Shown: positions 60,107 to 64,000 of the stretch, one piece after another
How the letters are laid out: each line of letters begins with the position of its first letter
How positions within the stretch are numbered: the first letter of the stretch is position 1
NCBI GenBank assembly: GCA_965222075.1
Contig: OZ244937.1
Span: 2,368,001 to 2,432,000, forward strand
Length of the DNA stretch: 64,000 nucleotides
Direction: 5' to 3'
Source: Candidatus Latescibacterota bacterium
GTDB lineage: Bacteria > Latescibacterota > UBA2968 > GCA-2709665
Position numbers and translations under genes: made by a program
Notes under the pieces: model-generated
What the model was told of the DNA's origin: nothing
Databases searched by the model: none
The model's input: only the letters and a program-made list of their open reading frames with translations

Positions 60107-60311
60107 AGTACAACTCCTGTGTTACAGGGGATGCCAATGGTTGATGGCGGGACAAAACTCATCGGCGGACCGGCCGAAAGACTGCCCGTTAATTATGTGC
60201 CAAACCCGCCCGGTGCGCAAGTCATTTCTACGAGTCGCGCCGGTGGCGATCTCACCGGAACATGCTGCCGGCTTTCGAAGAGGTTGTCCCGGTGCGCCGG
60301 CCGGGTTTCAG

Positions 60312-61030
60312 TCAGGCCGAGGCGCCGGAATAGTGGCGGAGCCCCCACCGCCAGAACAGACGTGACGCGATCAGCATACCAGCCGCCACCAGAATCGCGG
60401 CCGTGAGCGACTCCGAATCGAGCCGGCCGGTCAGGGCCCGCGCGGGGACCGTGATTGCGAAAGCAATTGGAACGATGAACGTGAGCATGAAACGGAGCCA
60501 GTGGGGATAGATGCCGATCGGCCAGCGTCCCGCCTGAACCACCGCGTCGAATATGTTGAGGATATTCTCGACCTTGATGTACCAGAATGAAATCGTTGAC
60601 AGGATCAAGAAGAAGCTGTAGATCGTGGCCGCGCCACACAGAAGGACCAGGCCAAATGTGATTGCGTCCACAACGCCAACCTCAAGCCCCCGGTTGAAAA
60701 GCGCGTAGAAGAGCACGATGCCGCCAAGCACGAAGTCCGTGACCTTCCAGATACGAAACTGGCTGATGCTGACGAGAAACTGCGCATCTTCGGGCCTGGT
60801 CAGGGTATAGTCGAGCGTTCCCCGTCGCACGTCGGTCATCAGCTGCCCCATGCTGGGCCGGATGACGAGTGAGATCGCTCCCCCGGCTCAACGCTGAAGG
60901 AAATGGTCTCGACGGCCTTGACCACCCGCATTTTCCGGTTCACGAGGCTTTTGAGCGCCGCGACCAGGCCGGCCTCGCGTTCGGGGACGACGTAGAATTT
61001 GGAGAGGTCTCTGACCTTGATGGCGTGCAT
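60312..61030 (-). pseudogene. ABC-2 transporter operon collapsed by deletion
   Basis: ATPase start (MHAIKVRDLSKFY...ISFSVEPGE, no Walker A) joined to the C-terminal part of a DUF990-type permease (GTLDYTLTRP, RWPIGIYP). Confidence 0.75.
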
Positions 61031-61067
61031 GGCCCCTAAGATATTGATTGGCATATTTTAATACATA

Positions 61068-61097
61068 ATTATACATATATTCATGAACCCATGTCAA
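61068..61097 (-). promoter_or_regulatory. Consensus sigma70 promoter of the ABC pseudo-operon
   Basis: Minus strand TTGACA-18 nt-TATAAT. Confidence 0.7.
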
Positions 61098-61205
61098 GGT
61101 CTTCCCCACTGCAAAATGGGATACGGTTGGGCGGGACCGGTTCTGGAATCGACAAGTCGCGCGAAGAAGGGACTGGCCCGCGTTCACCAGTAAGGAGACC
61201 GAATC

Positions 61206-63344
61206 ATGAAGATGCGCCTCACCATCCGGCAAGCCAATCGGGTTCTGCTGTTTGTGGTCATGCTCAGTGGCGTGGTGCTCGCCTGGGGCACGTTCCAGAC
61301 ATATCAGAACCTCCCTCCCATTCCCCAGGCCCTGGTGACCGACACCGGCATTGAGGTCTTCAATGAAAACGGGATCCGAGCCGGCCAGGCCGTTTTCCAG
61401 CGGCGCAACCTGATGGGGTTCGGCACGCTTCTCGGTAACGGCAGCTACTTCGGCCCCGACTTTACGGCCGAGTACCTGGGATGGCTCCGCGATGAGATCG
61501 GAACGCAGGAGCTACGACGCTCCCTGCGGGCGAATGGCAGCGTCTTCCGCGTTCCCGAGGTCTGGATCACCGCCCACCGCCGGGTCGTCCAGGCCTACCG
61601 AAATCGGTTTGTCAACGGCGAACCTGAGCTCGGGGTCGCCAGCAACACCCTGCGGGAAGACGAGATCGAGGATCTGGCGGCCTTCATCGGGTGGACAGCC
61701 TGGTTCAGCCTTCTCGAACGTCCCGGCAGCGACGGCTCGTACACCAACAACTTTCCGTACATGCCCGAGCTTGGACTGGTGCCAACCAGCGGCACCATCC
61801 TCTGGACGATCTGGACCATGGGTCTGGTCCTTATCCTCGCCCTGCTTGTTGTTCTGGCGTACGTGTACGTGGATATCGAGCCGATCCCGGAACTGCCCGC
61901 GCTGGAGGAGCGTGCCAGCAAGCCTGCGTCACCACTCGAAAGAACGGCGCTTTTCGTGCTGGGCAGCTGCACCGTGGTCTTTGTCCTGCAATGTCTGGCC
62001 GGTGGGTACCTGGCGAATGCGTACGCCAACCGCGAATCGTTCTACGGCGTCTTCCAGTGGCTCGGGTTCGAGCGCATGGCGGTACTTCCCTTCCAGACGG
62101 TGCGATCTGCCCACACCGCGATGGCCGTGATCTGGGTTGTCGGGATGTGGATGGCGGGCGCCCTTTACGTCGCTTTGCGGATCGGTGGTACCGAGAAGCG
62201 CTGGCACCGCCGCGCGGCGTCAATCTCTATCGGCCTGCTGGCGGTCTCCGTGGTTGGCGCGCTCCTGGGGATCTTCGCAAGCGTTCGCGGATGGCTGGAC
62301 GCGAGTTGGTGGTTGATAGGCTCCGAGGGCACCGAGTACCTGGAAATGGGGCGCTTGTGGCGTGCCGGCATCGGCATCGGTTTCGTGATCTGGGTCGCTA
62401 TTATCGTCTCTGCCCTGCGAGGCACCCGAGTTCGCTGGAAGCCCTTTCTGGACTTACTGATGCTCACCGGCATCGGCATCACGGCCGCCTTCTTTGCCAG
62501 CTTCCTGTACTGGCCGGACAGCCACTGGGTGATCATCGATTACTGGCGCTGGTGGACCGTCCATCACTGGGTCGAAGGAATCTTCGCCTTCTTTCAGATC
62601 CTGGTGACGGGGTGGTTCCTGGCCGGGCTGCGGCTGGTGAGCCGCGAAGACGTGACCAAAAGCCTCTATCTTGAGGGCACGATCGTTCTGCTGGCGGGAT
62701 TCCTGGCGGTGGGGCACCACTACTGGTGGGTCGGCGAGCCGACCTTTTGGATGGGGATCGGCAGCGTCTTCAGCACACTGGAGGTACTGCCGCTATTCCT
62801 GTTGTTGGCCAGCGCACTCCGGACCCTCAGGGCTGGGATACGCGATCTGGGCACCATCCATCGCGTGTCGCTGCTCTTTTTCCTCGCCGCGGCAATATGG
62901 CAGTTCCTGGGTTCCGGGATCCTGGGCTTGTTGATCAACCTGCCGATCGCCAACTACTATGAGCATGGGACGTTTCTGACCGTGGCACACGCGCACGGCG
63001 CCTTTCTCGGCGCCTTCGGCTTTCTCGCTCTGGGCCTGCTGCTTTATGTCATTCGCCACGCGTCTCCGGATGGCTGGGACGAACGCAAGCTGCGGCTGAG
63101 CTTCTGGCTGCTCAATGTCGGCCTGCTGATCATGATTGGGCTGTCGGTCACCCCGATCGGCGTTCTGCAGCTGATAACCGTTGTGCAATCCGACTACGCG
63201 GCGGCGCGCGCGCTGGCATTCTACGAACGGCCCTCCGTGTACGTGCTCAATTACCTGCGCGTACCTGGCGACGCCACGATCATCCTCGGAGCCGCGCTGC
63301 TTGCCTGGCAGATCGTACCGCGCATTCTGCGCCGGGGCGACTGA
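61206..63344 (+). CDS. Quinol-dependent nitric oxide reductase (qNOR/NorZ type)
   Basis: [56 protein letters not shown]. Confidence 0.9.
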   Translation: MKMRLTIRQANRVLLFVVMLSGVVLAWGTFQTYQNLPPIPQALVTDTGIEVFNENGIRAGQAVFQRRNLMGFGTLLGNGSYFGPDFTAEYLGWLRDEIGTQELRRSLRANGSVFRVPEVWITAHRRVVQAYRNRFVNGEPELGVASNTLREDEIEDLAAFIGWTAWFSLLERPGSDGSYTNNFPYMPELGLVPTSGTILWTIWTMGLVLILALLVVLAYVYVDIEPIPELPALEERASKPASPLERTALFVLGSCTVVFVLQCLAGGYLANAYANRESFYGVFQWLGFERMAVLPFQTVRSAHTAMAVIWVVGMWMAGALYVALRIGGTEKRWHRRAASISIGLLAVSVVGALLGIFASVRGWLDASWWLIGSEGTEYLEMGRLWRAGIGIGFVIWVAIIVSALRGTRVRWKPFLDLLMLTGIGITAAFFASFLYWPDSHWVIIDYWRWWTVHHWVEGIFAFFQILVTGWFLAGLRLVSREDVTKSLYLEGTIVLLAGFLAVGHHYWWVGEPTFWMGIGSVFSTLEVLPLFLLLASALRTLRAGIRDLGTIHRVSLLFFLAAAIWQFLGSGILGLLINLPIANYYEHGTFLTVAHAHGAFLGAFGFLALGLLLYVIRHASPDGWDERKLRLSFWLLNVGLLIMIGLSVTPIGVLQLITVVQSDYAAARALAFYERPSVYVLNYLRVPGDATIILGAALLAWQIVPRILRRGD

Positions 63345-63393
63345 ACGGTTTCGAACTCGCGGGTATCCACTTATGTTATGGGAATATTTGAAG

Positions 63394-63591
63394 ATGTCTG
63401 ACGAAATTATCAAGGAGCTCTGGCAGATCAAAGACGGCATCGCGCGGGAACATGGGTATGATATCGAGGCACTTGTTGCCCATCTTCAAACCAAGAAGCG
63501 GCCGGAAGGTCAGCAAGTTGTGGATCTACGTGCCATGAAGGGTGCCGCCGAACAGGGCGCTCCACCGGACGCAGACAAGCCGCGCCACTGA
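63394..63591 (+). CDS. Small hypothetical, antitoxin-like cassette gene
   Basis: DEIIKELWQIKDGIAREHGYDIEAL; 3' end overlaps an attC-like site. Confidence 0.6.
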   Translation: MSDEIIKELWQIKDGIAREHGYDIEALVAHLQTKKRPEGQQVVDLRAMKGAAEQGAPPDADKPRH

Positions 63592-63606
63592 GCTCGGTCG
63601 TTCGAG
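63547..63606 (+). other. Near-complete integron attC-like site
   Basis: GCCGAAC-N5-GCTCCAC...CTGAGC-N6-GTTCGAG; 60 nt imperfect inverted repeat. Confidence 0.65.
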
Positions 63607-63742
63607 CAGCAGGGCCACCCTGGGCTCCCTGCGCAACGACCGGGGCGATCTCTCGCCGGCTTGATGGTTAGAGAGGCAGGTCTCGGGATTCAGGGATCAG
63701 GGGTCGAGGAAAAACCCGTGAAAGAAACGCGGTAGAGACACC

Positions 63743-63777
63743 AAAAGAGCGGCGTTTGCGTAGCCGCCGCTCTTTTT
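63743..63777. terminator. Bidirectional intrinsic terminator
   Basis: AAAAGAGCGGCG...CGCCGCTCTTTT. Confidence 0.8.
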
Positions 63778-63807
63778 ACTCAGCAGAGAAGGTTGTTGGA
63801 AGACAGA

Positions 63808-64000
63808 TCACAAGCTCTTCTTGATCTTTGCTACAACTGCATCTGTATCCATTACTCCGGACAGACGCTCCACAATCAGCCCTTGCGAGTCCACCAGGAA
63901 ATACGATGGGATACCGCGCACATTGTAGGCTCTGGCCGCATCGGAACCAAAATTCGCTGAGCGCACGTGCACGCCTTTGATCTCGTGTTTTTCAATCGCC
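63808..64000 (-). CDS. TlpA/ResA-like thioredoxin-fold protein, C-terminal part
   Basis: ARAYNVRGIPSYFLVDSQGLIV (cis-Pro loop); runs in from the window end. Confidence 0.75.
   Translation of the reverse strand, partial: AIEKHEIKGVHVRSANFGSDAARAYNVRGIPSYFLVDSQGLIVERLSGVMDTDAVVAKIKKSL

Noticed and set aside
61045-61075. NsrR box upstream of qNOR
   Set aside because: Half-site spacing does not fit ATGYAT-N5-ATRCAT; the AT-rich patch is better explained by the divergent ABC promoter
61206-63344. NO dismutase (Nod)
   Set aside because: Nod-type changes (HH to HN, LEV to Q, loss of quinol-site His/Asp) are absent

Overview
GC-rich, diderm bacterial chromosome; gene content and order suggest an FCB-group lineage such as Latescibacterota (inference). 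Positions 1-27.7 kb are core genome: lutB/lutC, an Omp85-DUF4390-ntrY-ntrX-like-Omp85 operon, and a long minus-strand run (glpQ-like, rpiB-like, phosphodiesterase, tadA, 3 tRNAs, large SRP RNA, dnaX, ybaB, recR, pgsA, pgpA, thpR, recA, recX, alaS, GGGP synthase, pfkB, ptsH, ptsI, metK, ahcY). After tRNA-Asn (27619-27694) comes a mosaic accessory region. A degenerate copy of the tRNA 3' end and its flank at ~57.4 kb marks a likely decayed ~30 kb island. The strongest pattern is a set of 8-9 intact antitoxin genes from several unrelated families whose toxins are deleted or cut to short stubs. They sit among type I R-M remnants, an MNT-HEPN fusion, an OLD-like ATPase/TOPRIM nuclease, low-GC sbcDC and degenerate integron attC sites. 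Other points of interest: an RpiB with a microcompartment encapsulation-peptide-like N-terminus and altered active site, an archaeal-type GGGP synthase in a core operon, a candidate dnaX -1 frameshift signal, a multi-Zn-ribbon protein, and a qNOR lacking one conserved glutamate. All family calls come from motif recognition by eye; no database searches were run.
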